From contig OX597814.1 in NCBI GenBank assembly GCA_951406725.2, forward strand, positions 112,902,001 through 112,966,000: 64,000 bases of DNA, given 5' to 3'. The stretch is from Octopus vulgaris. Lineage: Eukaryota. Every line of letters begins with the position of its first letter. Position 1 is the stretch's first letter. Both the position numbers and the translations under genes were made by a program. Below the pieces are notes generated by a model. The model ran no database searches. It saw only the letters and a program-made list of their open reading frames with translations, and was not told where the DNA came from. Below are positions 13,518-26,135 of the stretch, one piece after another.

Positions 13518-14036
13518 ATGGTCTTAATTGTAAGGTCTTGGTTGTACAGTCTTGGTTGTACGGTCTTAGTTGTATGGTCTTGGTTGTACGGTCATGGTTG
13601 TATGGTCCTGGTTGTACGGGCCTGGTTGTACGGTCCTGATTGTACAGTCTTGGTTGCACAGTCCTGGATGCACGGTCATGATTGTACAGTCATGGTTGTA
13701 CGGTCATGGTTGTACGGGCCTGGTTGTACGGTCCTGGTTGTACAGTCCTGGTTGTACGGTCTTGGTTGTACGGTCATGATTGTACTGTCATGGTTGTACG
13801 GTCCTGGTTGTATGGGCCTGATTGTACAGTCCTGGTTGTACAGTCTTGGTTGCACGGTCCTGGTTGTACAGTCTTGGTTGTACGGTCATGGTTGCATGGT
13901 CCTGGTTATACAGTCCTAGTTGCACGGTCCTGATTGCACGGTCTTGACTGCACGGTCTTGACTGCAGGATCTTAACTGCACGGTCTTGACTGCACGGTCT
14001 TGACTGCACGGTCTTGACTGCACGGTCTTGATTGTA
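13518..14036. repeat. 14-bp minisatellite (cggtcytggttgta)n, about 37 units
   Basis: Direct tandem repetition; the 3' units shift to cggtcttgactgca. Confidence 0.92.
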
Positions 14037-14127
14037 TGTTGATATGACTGAATTAGCCATCTGTCTATGACATGACATATTTTGTAAAGCCCAGCTGTTT
14101 TCCAACTTTACTTCTTTTTCTCTGCAG

Positions 14128-14225
14128 GTTATTTACCAAACTGTTGTGAAGCTGTTGAGGCAATGCTTGCTGCAGCCAGTATTGGTGCAATTTGGAGTTC
14201 TACATCACCTGATTTTGGAACTGAG
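14128..14225 (+). CDS. AACS: AACS exon ([32 protein letters not shown]), ends at a GC donor
   Basis: tgcag acceptor; conserved [20 protein letters not shown]; donor GAG|gcaag gives an in-frame join to the next exon. Confidence 0.93.
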
Positions 14226-15959
14226 GCAAGAAATCCTTTAGTTGTTTCCATTTCCCATAGATATCACTTCTCCTTATGTAAGGGGGAGTCATTATTGGCT
14301 TTCCTATTGGATATGTGTGTATATGTGTAAGTCAGTGCTTCATCATCTGCTAGTGTTTTAAATCTGGGTTTTGTCCCCGTTAACTGGGGTGGCTGGATCT
14401 ACCTCAATGCCATAGTATTGAGCTAGTACTTATTATTTCTTTTTAAATCTGGTACTTATTTTTATCAGTTTTCTTTAACCAAGCTGCTAAGTCATAAGGA
14501 TGTAAACACACAAATATCTGTTGTCAAGTGGTGGTGGGGTCAAACACACACACACACATGGCAGGCTTCTTTCAGTTTCCGTCTACCAAATCCACTCACA
14601 AGGCTTTCGTCAGCTTAAGGCTATAGTAGGTGGCATGCAGTGGGACTGAACCCAGAACTATGTGGTTGGGAAGCAAACTTCTGACCACACCTTAGCAATA
14701 TTCCACTGCAAAAATACTAGAAAACACCTTTCCGCAGCAGCTGAATTCCTCATCTACCTTTCCTTTACCGCTTCCTTTCTATTTGTCCAGGTCCATTCCT
14801 TTTTCTGTTCCTGTCTAATCCTTTATTCTCCCCCTGTGCTCCGGGATCATGGGGGCATGGTTTATCATGCTTACTTGTAGCTTTACCCCGGATCAGGCTG
14901 CAAGTCCGTTTGATCCTTCATTATTCTGTCATACTGTCAAGCGTCTCTCCACTTTGTCATCCTGCTTTCTAGATTGTCAGCAAGTCTTTCCCTGCAGTCA
15001 GTATCTGAGGAATTCCAAGCACGTTTCGTGGTTCGCTTCCTCAACAGCTCCTTTATAGGATCCAGTGACTAACGACATCATTAATATGTATGTCTAATTT
15101 ATTCTAATTCAACAGGGAGGGAAGTAAGATGGTGCCAATTCTTTTTTCTTTCTTTTATTCTTTTACTTGTTTCAGTCATTTGACTGTGACCATGCTTAGG
15201 TATGCAATTCTGTAAACGACTGTCACCTGTCAGTCAGCGAAGCTAATTCAGTGTCAGCTTGTCTTACCTAGTGATGTTATTTCCCTAGTGATGTTATTTC
15301 CCACCAGCATGTTATGCCTTTAGTCGAGCAAATTGACTCCAGGACTTGTTCTTTGTAAGCCTAGCACTTATTCTATCAGTCTCTTTTTGTCGAACCGCTA
15401 GTGTTACGGGGACATAAACACACCAGCATTGATTGTCAAGCGATATTTTGGGGACAAACAGAGACACACTAACATATACACACACATACATATATATGAC
15501 AGGCTTCTTTCAGTTTCCATATGCCAAATCCACTCACAAGGCTTTGGTCAGCCTGAGGCGAGCTGGCAGAACCGTTAGCACGCCGGATGAAATGCTTTGC
15601 CGTATTTCGTCTGAGTTCAAATTCCGCCGAGGTTGACTTTGCCTTTCATCTTTTCGGAGTCGATTAAATAAGTACCAGTTATGCAGTGGGGTCGATATAA
15701 TTGACTTAATCTGTTTGTTTGTCCTCTCTGTGTTTAGCCCCTTGTGGGTAATAAAGAAATATATAGTAGAAGACACTTGCCCGTGGTGTAGAAGACACTA
15801 TAAGTGTCTATAGTAGAAGACACTTGCCAAGGTACCATGCAGTGGGACTGAACCCAGAACCATGTGGTTGGTAAGCAAGCTACTTACCACACAGCCACTC
15901 CTGCGCCAATGAAGAATTTCATTTCAAAACCTTTTCCTTTATTCTCTTTTTTTCTATAG

Positions 15960-16074
15960 GGTGTTCTTGAAAGATTCTCACAAATTGAACCAAAGCTTCT
16001 GTTTACCGTGAATGCTGTGTTTTACAATAATAAAGTCCACGACCATTTGAACAAGGTCAAGAAAGTTGTTCAAG
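15960..16074 (+). CDS. AACS: AACS exon ([39 protein letters not shown])
   Basis: Polypyrimidine tract plus tag acceptor, gtagg donor, phases 0/1. Confidence 0.95.
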
Positions 16075-16113
16075 GTAGGAATATTTACTTCATTTTAATT
16101 TTCTAAATATCAT

Positions 16114-16455
16114 TATTACCTCCACCTTAGCAAAGGCGGAGGTATTGTTTTCATTCATGTTTGTTTGTCCATGGACAAGATATCTAAAGAACCACTGGAT
16201 AGATTTGGATGAAACTTTCAGGGATGTTTGGCCTCATGACTGACACAAACTGATTAGATTTTGAGATCGATCTGGATTATTTTTCTGGTTTTCTTTCTTA
16301 ATTTTTGAGAGCGGTTGGGTTCATTTTCACTGTTCTCATTTGTGAGAGCAGTGGAGTTTATTTCAGATACTTTCATTTTAAATATCATCTCCGGCTAATC
16401 AATGAGAGGACATTGGTGTTGCCTTGGTGGATGTTTGCCCTCTCTGAGTGCTCTT
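16114..16455 (+). mobile_element. Helentron/DINE-like non-autonomous element; inverted relative at ~53995-54341
   Basis: 5' hairpin acctccaccttagcaaaggcggaggt, gttt microsatellite, 3' ccttggtgga subterminal repeat and short hairpin; second copy present on the opposite strand. Confidence 0.5.
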
Positions 16456-16706
16456 ATTTCTTTACTGCCCACAAGGGACTAAACACAGAGGGGACAAACA
16501 AGGACAGACAAATGGATTAAGTCGATTACATCGACCCCAGTGTGTATCTGGTACTTATTCAATCGACCCCGAAGGGATGAAAGGTAAAGTTGACCTCGGC
16601 GGAATTTGAACTCAGAACGTAGCGGCAGACGAAATACTGCTAAGCATTTTACCCGGCATGCTAACGTTTCTGCCAGCACGCCACCTTGAGTGTTCTTGAG
16701 TGCTCT

Positions 16707-16745
16707 TGTTATTATTATTATTATTATTAATAGTATTATTATCAC

Positions 16746-16817
<72 letters not shown>
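16707..16817. repeat. (TTA)n microsatellite between head-to-head SINE C copies
   Basis: About 36 TTA units. Confidence 0.95.
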
Positions 16818-18162
16818 GGCGGCAAGCTGGCATAGCATGCTGGACAAAATGCTTATCGACATTTCATCCATCTTTATGTTCTGAGTTCAAATTCCACCAA
16901 AGTTGACTTTGCCTTTCATCTTTTGGGGTCAATAAAATAAGTACCAGTTGAAAAAACTGGGGTCACTATAACTGACTTATTCCCTCCCCCTAAACTGCTG
17001 GCCTTGTGCTAGAATTTGAAACCAATATTTTTAAGGTGATGAGCTAGAAGAATTGTTAGCTGGGCAAAATGCTAAGTGGAATTTCATCTGTCTTTATGCT
17101 TATCATCATCATCATCATTTAATGTATGTCGTCTGTGCTCACATGGGTTGGATGGTTTGACAGGAGCTGGCATGGCCAGGAGCCAACCCAGGCATGGTTT
17201 CTATGCTCTTCCTAATGCCAACCACTTTACTGAGTGTACTGGGTTCTTTAGACATGGCACCATCACTCGTGCTTTAGACATGGCACCACCACCCATGCTT
17301 TTTATATGGCACCATCACACATGCTTTAGATATGGCACTGTCACCTGTGTTTTTGACATGGTACCATCACTTGTACTTTTGACATGGCACCATTCTCACT
17401 GTTTTTTACATGGTACCATCACGTATGCTTTTTATGTGGTGAAGTATGGAACGCTTCACAAATGTGCGTGTCCTCCTTGCACCGGGTCACGCTAATCATC
17501 TCTGTATCATTCCAATTTTAGAGATATGATATATATATAACTCTTCCAATAGCTGTCAATATCAGTGAGTCACCTTCAATAGATTTTATCAAACTTTCCT
17601 GATTCATTATTTTTAGTCTCTTTGTCTGATAAGTATTTCACTATTTTTATTGATTAATAAATACTAATAAATTCTATTTGACTGTTTCGGTGCCAAACGT
17701 GTGTGTACGTGACTGTCTACATGTGTGCGTCTGTATGAGGATGTTAGTTTATTCTTTTATTCTTTTCCTGGTTTCAACCAGAGGTCGAGGCCATGCTGGA
17801 GCACCACCTTTCTGTGTGATTGGTTTTCTTTCTTGTATTGTTTCTGGTGAAGTAGCGAGTCAGACACAGTTGCTCATCTTTGTGTCTCCTGGGTATATAT
17901 ATATATAATATGACATCATCATCATCATCCAGCCATAGAAAATCTGCCTCAACACACAGTAAAAATTTGGTTGTATTCCATTGTTTTCACTCCATAATTT
18001 CTAATTTGTAGTGGCTTTCTAAAACATGCATACATCATCATCATCATTGTCATTTAACGTCTGTTTTCCATGCTAGCATGGGTTGGATGGAAATGCACAC
18101 GCATATGTATATTCTTTTATACACTGGCAAAATACATAATATTTATCTTATTCATTCTTATT

Positions 18163-18401
18163 CAGGGTGCAGCAGAAAGGTTTTTCTCAATTTCAAAGGT
18201 TAATAAAACACAAACACATGAAGATGCATGAAAAAAACTTTGTATTTCTATGAAGTTCATTAAATACTTTTCTTTTTTTTTTCTGTTTTGCGTAGTACCC
18301 ACTATGGTCTGTAGTGAAGAGTATCGTTTTTTTCTTGTATCTTTATGTATTTTGTTTTATATTAACCTTTGAAATTGGGGCAACCTTTCTGCCACACCCT
18401 G
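18163..18401. mobile_element. Tc1/mariner-type MITE with long imperfect TIRs
   Basis: cagggtgcagcagaaaggtt...tttcaaaggttaata is inverted as tattaacctttgaaa...aacctttctgccacaccctg|ta. Confidence 0.7.
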
Positions 18402-18474
18402 TATTTAGGTGTCATGCTACAAGTGATTCAAGAGAACAGTTCCAAGACAATTATTAAGCCTTATATATGTGTGT

Positions 18475-18594
18475 GTTTACGATCATATCACTTTGAAAAC
18501 ACCGGTTCTTGTCCAATCACCAAAGTTAAGCAAAGTCGAGCCTAGTTAGTACTTAGATGGGTGACCACTTGGGAAACCTAGGTGCTGTAAACAT
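18475..18594 (+). rRNA. Full-length dispersed 5S rRNA copy, probably a pseudogene or SINE head
   Basis: gtttacgatcatatcactttgaaaacaccggttcttgtccaatcaccaaagttaagcaaagtcgagcctagttagtacttagatgggtgacc...ggtgctgtaaaca matches metazoan 5S. The terminal helix gtttac/gtaaac is intact, there are CpG-type substitutions, and no oligo-T terminator follows. Confidence 0.85.
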
Positions 18595-18602
18595 AAGATA
18601 GT

Positions 18603-18940
18603 GAAGGCACATGGCTCAGTGGTTAGAGTGTTGCGCTTACAATCATGAAGTTGTGAGCTCGAATCCCTGACCGGGCTGCATGTTGTGTTCTTGAGCAAGA
18701 CACTTTATTTCACGTTGCCCCAGTTCACTCAGCTGTAGAAATGAGTTGCGACGTCACAGGTGCCAAGATGTATCAGCCCCTTTGCCTTTCCCTTGAATAA
18801 CACTGGTGGCATGGAAAGGGGAGGCCAGTATGCATGGGCGACTGCTGGTCTTCCATAAACAACCTTGCCCGAACTTGTGCCTGGGAGGGTAACTTTCTAA
18901 GTGCAATCCCATGGTCTGTGTCGTGACCGAAGGGGATCTC
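18603..18940 (+). mobile_element. tRNA-derived SINE family D (related ~39895-40050, 40590-40805, 42130-42360, 49730-49910 -)
   Basis: A box tggctcagtggtt, B box-like gagctcgaatccc, then gtgttcttgagcaagacacttt core. Confidence 0.75.
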
Positions 18941-20276
18941 AGCATATATGTGTGTGTGTAAATGTATATTTGAGGTTACACATTAGGAACAGATTTTCTT
19001 TTAGCCATATTCCATTAAAAACCCAATTATGTTCTACTTTTGTCAATTTTTAAAGATTTTTTTTCTATATTTTTCTATGAATTCCTATATGTTTGTTCAG
19101 AACAATGAAGTCCCTAAATCCTTCCACAATATTTCTAGACTTTCTCAGTTTCATCTACAGGATCAACTAATGCTGGCATGGATTGCTGCCCCTTTATATT
19201 AGGCAAAACTAATATATTTGCATAGATGTATTTGCATTTTTAACTGTTAGGTTAACGTGTCATCAGATAAATGTTTACTTTTATTTATAAATATACAGAC
19301 AACACACAAACACACATACACGCTTGCTCACTCACTCTCACACATGGAGTGAGGTATCAGATGAGACAAAAGAAGTTAGGAGTGCATACGAAAGATAAGA
19401 GAACAGACACAACAGAAAGGTTACCGAATGAGTATGGAAGTATGTTTTGGGGTGGCGTTTAAAATCAGGTCTGTTATCTACTTCATATTATCTACAAGTT
19501 GTTCGCAGAAAAAAAATCACAAAAATGAAATTAGTACATAATTGTCATCATCATCATCATAACCATCATCATCATCCACTGTTTTAATGTTCACTTTTGT
19601 TATGCGTGCATGAATCAAACAGAATTTGTTGAATCAGGTTTTTCTACAGCTCGATGCTCTTCCTGTCATTAACCCTCACTTGTTTCTGGCTTGAAAGTCA
19701 TAACATGCCGGTGGGAAATAACATCACTCGGTGAGACAAGCTGACACTGAATTAGCTTTGCTCACTGACAGGTGACGGTCGTTTACAGAATGCGCGGACT
19801 AAGACTACGCGCCTTCATTGGTCAGTTATAGTTGAGACAGTATCACGTGACAACTTGCTGGGGCTGCCTGCTGGAGCCTAGTGGCAGGTATTTAAAGGGA
19901 AAAAATTTGACAAGTGAGTCAGTCGCCGGCTGACACTTGTTGACAATATATCGAAGAGGCCAGGGAACAGAAGAAGAAAGAAGACATATACCCAACACCA
20001 GAGCTGAAGGCGCCTCTGAAAGGGGGGGGGCGTCAAAACGGTAAAGGAGTTGGGGCCGAAACCAGACGTGGTTCCTCCTGATGATGTCTTGAGCTAACTG
20101 GATCCTATAAAGGAGCTGTTGTGGTAGCAGACCACGAAACACGGTTGTAATTCCTCCTTTTCCTAATGGTCAGACATTGTTTTACACAGGAGATTGGAAG
20201 TGAATGACGTTGCTTGTATAATGAAGGGAATGAAGTTAGGCATTTACAACAGCTGGGTGATACCAAGGACAAAGGT

Positions 20277-20612
20277 ACACTCACTCACTCACTCACATGC
20301 TCTCACTCACACGCTCTCAATCACACACTCTCACTCACACACTCTCACTCACACGCTCTCACTCACACGCTCTCACTCACACGCTCTCACTCTCACTCAC
20401 ACGCTCTCAATCACACGCTCTCAATCACACGCTCTCAATCACACGCTCTCAATCACACGCTCTCACTCACATGCACTCGCTCACATGCACTCGCTCACAT
20501 GCTCTCGCTCACATGCTCTCGCTCACACGCTCTCACTCTCATGCTCTCACTCTCACGCTCTCATTCACACGCTCTCACTCACACACTCTTCCCTCTCGTT
20601 CACACACACATA
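20277..20612. repeat. C/A/T-rich minisatellite (ctctcactcacacg-like units)
   Basis: Tandem degenerate 14-mers; explains the overlapping low-complexity ORFs. Confidence 0.88.
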
Positions 20613-20790
20613 CATTTGTGTGTATGTGTATCATCATCATCATCATTTAACATCCATCTTCCATGCTGGTATGAGTTGGACAGTTTGACTGGAGCTGGCA
20701 AGCTGGAGAGGTGCACCAGGTTTTTGTGTTTGTTTTGGCATGGTTTTTACAGCTGGATGCCCTTCCTAACACCAACCACCCTGCAGAGTA

Positions 20791-20840
<50 letters not shown>

Positions 20841-21741
20841 TACACACACCATGTTAGACCAGATTCGCCATGTTGAGACCAGGCTCCAATCTGATCTGGC
20901 AATGTTTCTACAGCTGGATGCCCTTCCTAACGCCAACCACTCCAAGAGTGTAGTGTGTGCTTTTACGTGCTACCAGCACAGGAGCCAGTCGGGTCAGTGG
21001 GGGCTGCTGTCATCGACTACATTTGGATGGTGCTTTTTACATGCCACCAGCATGGGGAGCCAGTCAGGCAGCACTGGCAATGACCAACACATGAATGGTG
21101 CTTATATACACACACACACACAACTTCCATCTCCCAAATCCTCTCATAAGGCTTTCATCATCTTGGGGCTATAGTAAAAGACATCATAAAGGGAAAGTGT
21201 TTATTTTGAGGATACATCATCATCATCATCATCAACTGGTACATTTTCATCTGATTACATTTGAGTATATCATCGTCATTTTGTTACTTCCACAGTCAAT
21301 ACTGACATCAGCTGGACAGGTCACTGCTCTCTTAGCTTAGTCAAGGGCCATGCATTTTTCTGGCCAGCAGCTCTTACTCTACCTACTAAGCTTTCAGAAC
21401 ACCTCCCCACAAACACACTGCTAATTGGGGGGGGGGGGGGGGCTAGGTAACAGAAGCTGTCAATTACTTCTAGAGAGTTGGAAAGAGTCTGTTTCACCTG
21501 TCCCTTTATTAATAATTACCCCTGTGCACCTGCTGTATATAAAGTTTACCTTCAGTGTTAGCCTTACCATGATCCCACCATACTTCGTATATATTCTTGA
21601 CATCACACATGAGCAGCCTTCGACTTTTGTCTATCCAAAAGGGGTTTTTTTGACCTAATATTTATATGCCATTATTTATAGCTTTATCTGCTTCAAGCTT
21701 CACCATTCTGAAGAAATATATATATATTTATTTTATTTTAG

Positions 21742-21817
21742 GTCTACCACATCTGAAGAAAGTAGTAATTATCCCATTTATCAAAGCCACATTCTCAATC
21801 ACTGATATCCCTCTCAG
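21742..21817 (+). CDS. AACS: AACS exon (LPHLKKVVIIPFIKATFSITDIPL)
   Basis: ttttag acceptor, gtatg donor, phases 1/2; matches GLPxLKKVVxIP. Confidence 0.92.
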
Positions 21818-23822
21818 GTATGCCAACCTTTGACCTTGTTTTATTTTTATATTTTGTAATATTTTGACTGCCATCATCTCCTTCACAATAGTTTATCATC
21901 ATCATCTTTTTATGTCCGCTTTCCATGCTGGCATGGGTTGGACGGTTTGACTGAAGACTGGCAAGCCAGGCAGCTGCACCAGGCTCCAATCTTGATCTGA
22001 CAATGTTTCCACAGCTGGATGCCTTTCCTAACACAACCACTCCGAGAGTGTAGTGGGTGCCTTTTATGTGCCACTGGCATGGGGTATACATTTACGAATT
22101 ATTTAAATATAATAATTTACCCATTCAAACATAAATTGAAGTATTCTTATTTGCAAAAACGTTGTAGAACACTTCTTAGCATTTTTTTTTTTGGTTTACT
22201 GGCCCAGTGGTTAGGGCAGCGGACTCGTGGTCGCAGGATCACGGTTCTGATTCCCAGACCGGGCATTGTGTGTGTTTATTGAGCGAAAACATCTAAAAGC
22301 ACTACGAGGCTCCAGCAGGGGGTGGGCGACCCCTGTTGCACTCTTTCGCCTCAACTTTCTCTCACTCTTTCTTCTTGTTTCTTGGGTAACGCTGCAATGG
22401 ACTGGCATCCCGTCCAGCAGGGGGGAACACATACACCACAGAAACTGGGAAACTGGGCCCATGAGCCTGGCTAGGCTTGAAAAGGGCACGTAAATATAAC
22501 TGTCTATCCTTAATTAAATATGGCAGCTCAAACTACATGAACAAATTGGAGCATTAACAAAAGCTGTGATAATGAATTAATGGATGTGAAAGTAATGGGT
22601 GGCCATTTTGAATTGTAAATATAGGTAAAATATTGCCAAAAAATATAACGATCAACCTGTAAACTTTCATTAACCAAAACCTAAAACTTTTATTTTATGA
22701 TAAAATGAAGAATGGAAAATATATGTACCACACCTGGTTAGTGTACTGTAATTGACGTGATTTGTGGCAAAGGTATTTTATGCTGAAATATCATGTAGAT
22801 GAAAATCTGTTTACAATAAAATGTAATTGGTTTTAGGAAGGTGAGCACTCGGCTGTAGAAGCCATGCCAAAAGGGGACACTGAAAAATGATTTGGTCTTT
22901 GGATCCATCAGATCCTGTCAAACAGACCAGACCAATCCACACCAGCATGGAACATGGACATTAAATGATGATTGTGTTGATGATGTTGATTTAACAAACA
23001 ATGCACCAAATGACATTTTTTTGAGCGAGGTCGTCACCAGCGGCACTGGCAACGACCTCGCTCAAATGTCTAAAAAACATTCGAGTGAGGTTGTTGCCAG
23101 TGCCGCTGGGCTGGCTCCTGTGCAGGTGGCACTCAAAAAGCACCATTTGAGCATGGCCATTGCCAGTACCGCCTGACTAGCCTTCGCACCGGTGACATGT
23201 CAAAGAACCCACTACACTCTTGGAGTGGTTGGCGTTAGGAAGGGCATCCAGCTGTAGAGACTCTGCCAGATCAGATTGGAGCCTGTTGCAGCCATCTGGT
23301 TTGCCAGATCTCAGTCAAATCGTCCAACCCATGCCACCATGGAAAGTAGACGTTAAACGATGATGATGATGATTCACTATTTTATTCAAAATTTAAATCA
23401 CAAGGGGATTCTATGTAATTCTCTAACATTTTAAAAATATTCAGCAAAACATTAAAATAATCCTGTCTAATGCAAAACGCGCAAGAGTGACTGTGTGGTA
23501 AATAGCTTGCTTACCAACCACATAGTTCCGGGTTCAGTCCCATTGCATGGCACCTTGGGCAAGTGTCTTCTACTGTAGCCTTGGGCTGACCAAAGTCCTG
23601 TGAGTGGATTTGGTAGATGGAAACTGAAAGAGGCCCGTCATATATATATATTTTACATGGTGCCAGCATGGGTGCATTTTATGTGGTATTGGCATGAAAG
23701 TTTTACACATGGCGCTGGCAGGAGTGTTTTCTACATGGCACAGGCACGGAAATACTCTGCCCAAATGCCTTCATTCTATGCAACGAATCCATGGATGACA
23801 ATCTTACTGCTACAAAGAAGAA

Positions 23823-24215
23823 ATCATCATCATCACCGTTTAACGTCCATTTTCCATGCTAGCATGTGTTGGATGGTTTGACCGGGGTCTGGGAAGCCAG
23901 GAGGCTGCACCAGGCTCCAGTCTGATCTGGTAGTGTTTCTACAGGTGGATGCCCTTCCTAACGCCAACCACTCCGTGAGTGTAGTGGGTGCTTTTTATGT
24001 GCCACCAGCACAGGTGCCAGGGGAGGCTGGCAACGGCCACGATCAGTTGGTGCTTTTTACGTGCCACCGGCACGGAAGCCAATCAAGGCGGCGCTGGCAT
24101 CGACCATGTACAGATGGTGCTTTTTACGTGCCACTGGCACAGGTGCCAGGGGAGGCTGGAAATGGCCACGATCGGTTGGTGCTGTTTACGTGCCACTGGC
24201 ACGGAAGCCAGTCAA
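23823..24215 (-). mobile_element. Representative of >35 dispersed RTE 3'-end/(GAT)n-tailed repeats (e.g. ~8425-9565, 11220-11818, 12635, 21895, 23020-23372, 24718, 26895, 31020-31355, 35373, 39545, 41382, 54625, 60630)
   Basis: Shared core catcatcgtttaacgtccgttttccatgctggcatgggttggacgg...ggatgcccttcctaacgccaaccactcc, the same as the 3' end of the RTE LINE at 56513. Confidence 0.85.
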
Positions 24216-25885
24216 GAAATTCAGATGTCACTTCAAAACATAAGTTATCAGTCTCACTGGTATATTATAACATGCAACACGTCTTATCTCTGGATTTCTT
24301 TATCATATGTAGAGCTCTTATACAGAGATTATAGCTCTTCGTTAAGTGTAAATCACTCATTGCAAATCAATGTTTTACTAACATTTTTATCAATTATTGT
24401 TTATTTTTGCTGTTGTTGTTTCGTGGTTTCTGTTATATGAACGACAAGTGGCCCTTGACATCATACAAGCAATTTGACTTTGATACCATACCATTGATTT
24501 GTCCTTGACATCAAAGAAGCAATTTGACCTTTGCAATTGATGCACCCTTTTATTCCTTGTTTTGCCTGTTTTGTTTGAATGTTCATTTTTCTGAGCTCGT
24601 ACGGGTTAGACAAATGCATTATCAAGGTATTGCTTTATAGTTTACTGTTGCTAACCCTTACCTGTTCAGTAAAGGGTCTTTTAATTCACGTACCTTTGAA
24701 GGTGCAGAGCCAGTAGATCATCATCATCATCGTTTAACGTCTGTTTTCCATGCTAGAATGGGTTGGACGGTTTGACCAGGGTCTGGGGAGCCAGGAGACT
24801 GCACCAAGCTCCAGTCTGATCTGGCAGTTTTTCTACAGCTTGATGCCCTTCCTAACGTCAACCACTCCGTGAATGTAGTGGGTGCTTTTTACGTGCCAGG
24901 GGAGGCTGGCAACAGCCACGATCAGTTAGTGCTTTTTACATGCCACCGGCACAGAATCCAGTCAAGGCGGCGCTGGCATCGACCACGTATGGATGGTGCT
25001 TTTTACATGCCACCGGCAAAGGTGCCAGGGGAGGCTGGTAACGGCCACAATTGCTTGGTGCTTTTTACATGCCACTGGCACGGAAGCCAGTCAAGGCGGC
25101 ACTGACATTGGCCACGTACGGATGGTGCATTTTACGTGCCATCGGCACAGGTATCACAACTACAATTTCCAGTTGTTGTTATTTCTGACAGCAGAAATAA
25201 CAACAACAATATCACTGCTTGTAGCTTTTAGATACAAAAAAAGCTGAAGTCTGCTCATGTGTGATAGTTGGAGAAGTGTAAATGGTTGGTTTAGGGCCCC
25301 AGTAAACACTTCTCCCAGGTGCCATACAGTGGAACTGAACCTGAGACTATGCTATTGGGAAGAAAGCTTCTTAACTCTACAGCCATGCCTGCATAATAAT
25401 CCATTGTAATGGGTTGTAATTATGCAGTGGAAGTAAAATATAAATGAAATGAAACATGTATATATTCTTTTATTCTTTTACTTGTTTCAGTCATTTGACT
25501 GCAGCCATGCTGGGGCACCACCTTTAGTCAAACAAATCAACCCCAGGACTTATTCTTTGTAAACATAGTACTTATTCTTTCAGTCTCTTTTGCCGAACTG
25601 CTAGGTAATGGGGGACGTTAACACACCAACATCAGCTGTCAAGCGATGTGTGGTGGGAACAAGCACAGACACAAATACATACATACACTTACACATGCAC
25701 ACACATACATATATATATATACAACAGGCTTCTTTCAGTTACCATCTACCAAATCCACTCACAAGGCTTTGGTTGGCCCAAGGCTATAGTAGAAGACACC
25801 TGCCCAAGGTGCCATGCAGTGGGACTGAACCCAGAACCATGTGGTTGGGAAGCAAGCTTCTTACCATACAGCCACTCCTGCACCT

Positions 25886-25928
25886 ATATATATATATATA
25901 TATATATATATCCTCCTCATTATCATCA

Positions 25929-25965
<37 letters not shown>

Positions 25966-26010
25966 TCATCATCATCATCTATATATATATATATATCCTC
26001 ATCATCATCA

Positions 26011-26051
<41 letters not shown>

Positions 26052-26063
26052 TCATCATCATCA

Positions 26064-26104
<41 letters not shown>

Positions 26105-26135
26105 TCATCATCATCATCTATATATATATCATTAT
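25886..26135. repeat. Compound array [(TA)n-cctcatcatcatcatc] x ~5
   Basis: Directly visible higher-order microsatellite. Confidence 0.9.

Noticed and set aside
13509-13933. Repetitive ORFs (..VLVVRSWLYGPGCT..)
   Set aside because: Translation of the 14-bp minisatellite; open in several frames, no splice or homology support
20194-20876. 164-220 aa His/Ser/Thr-rich ORFs
   Set aside because: Low-complexity CA/CT repeat lacking stop codons by composition
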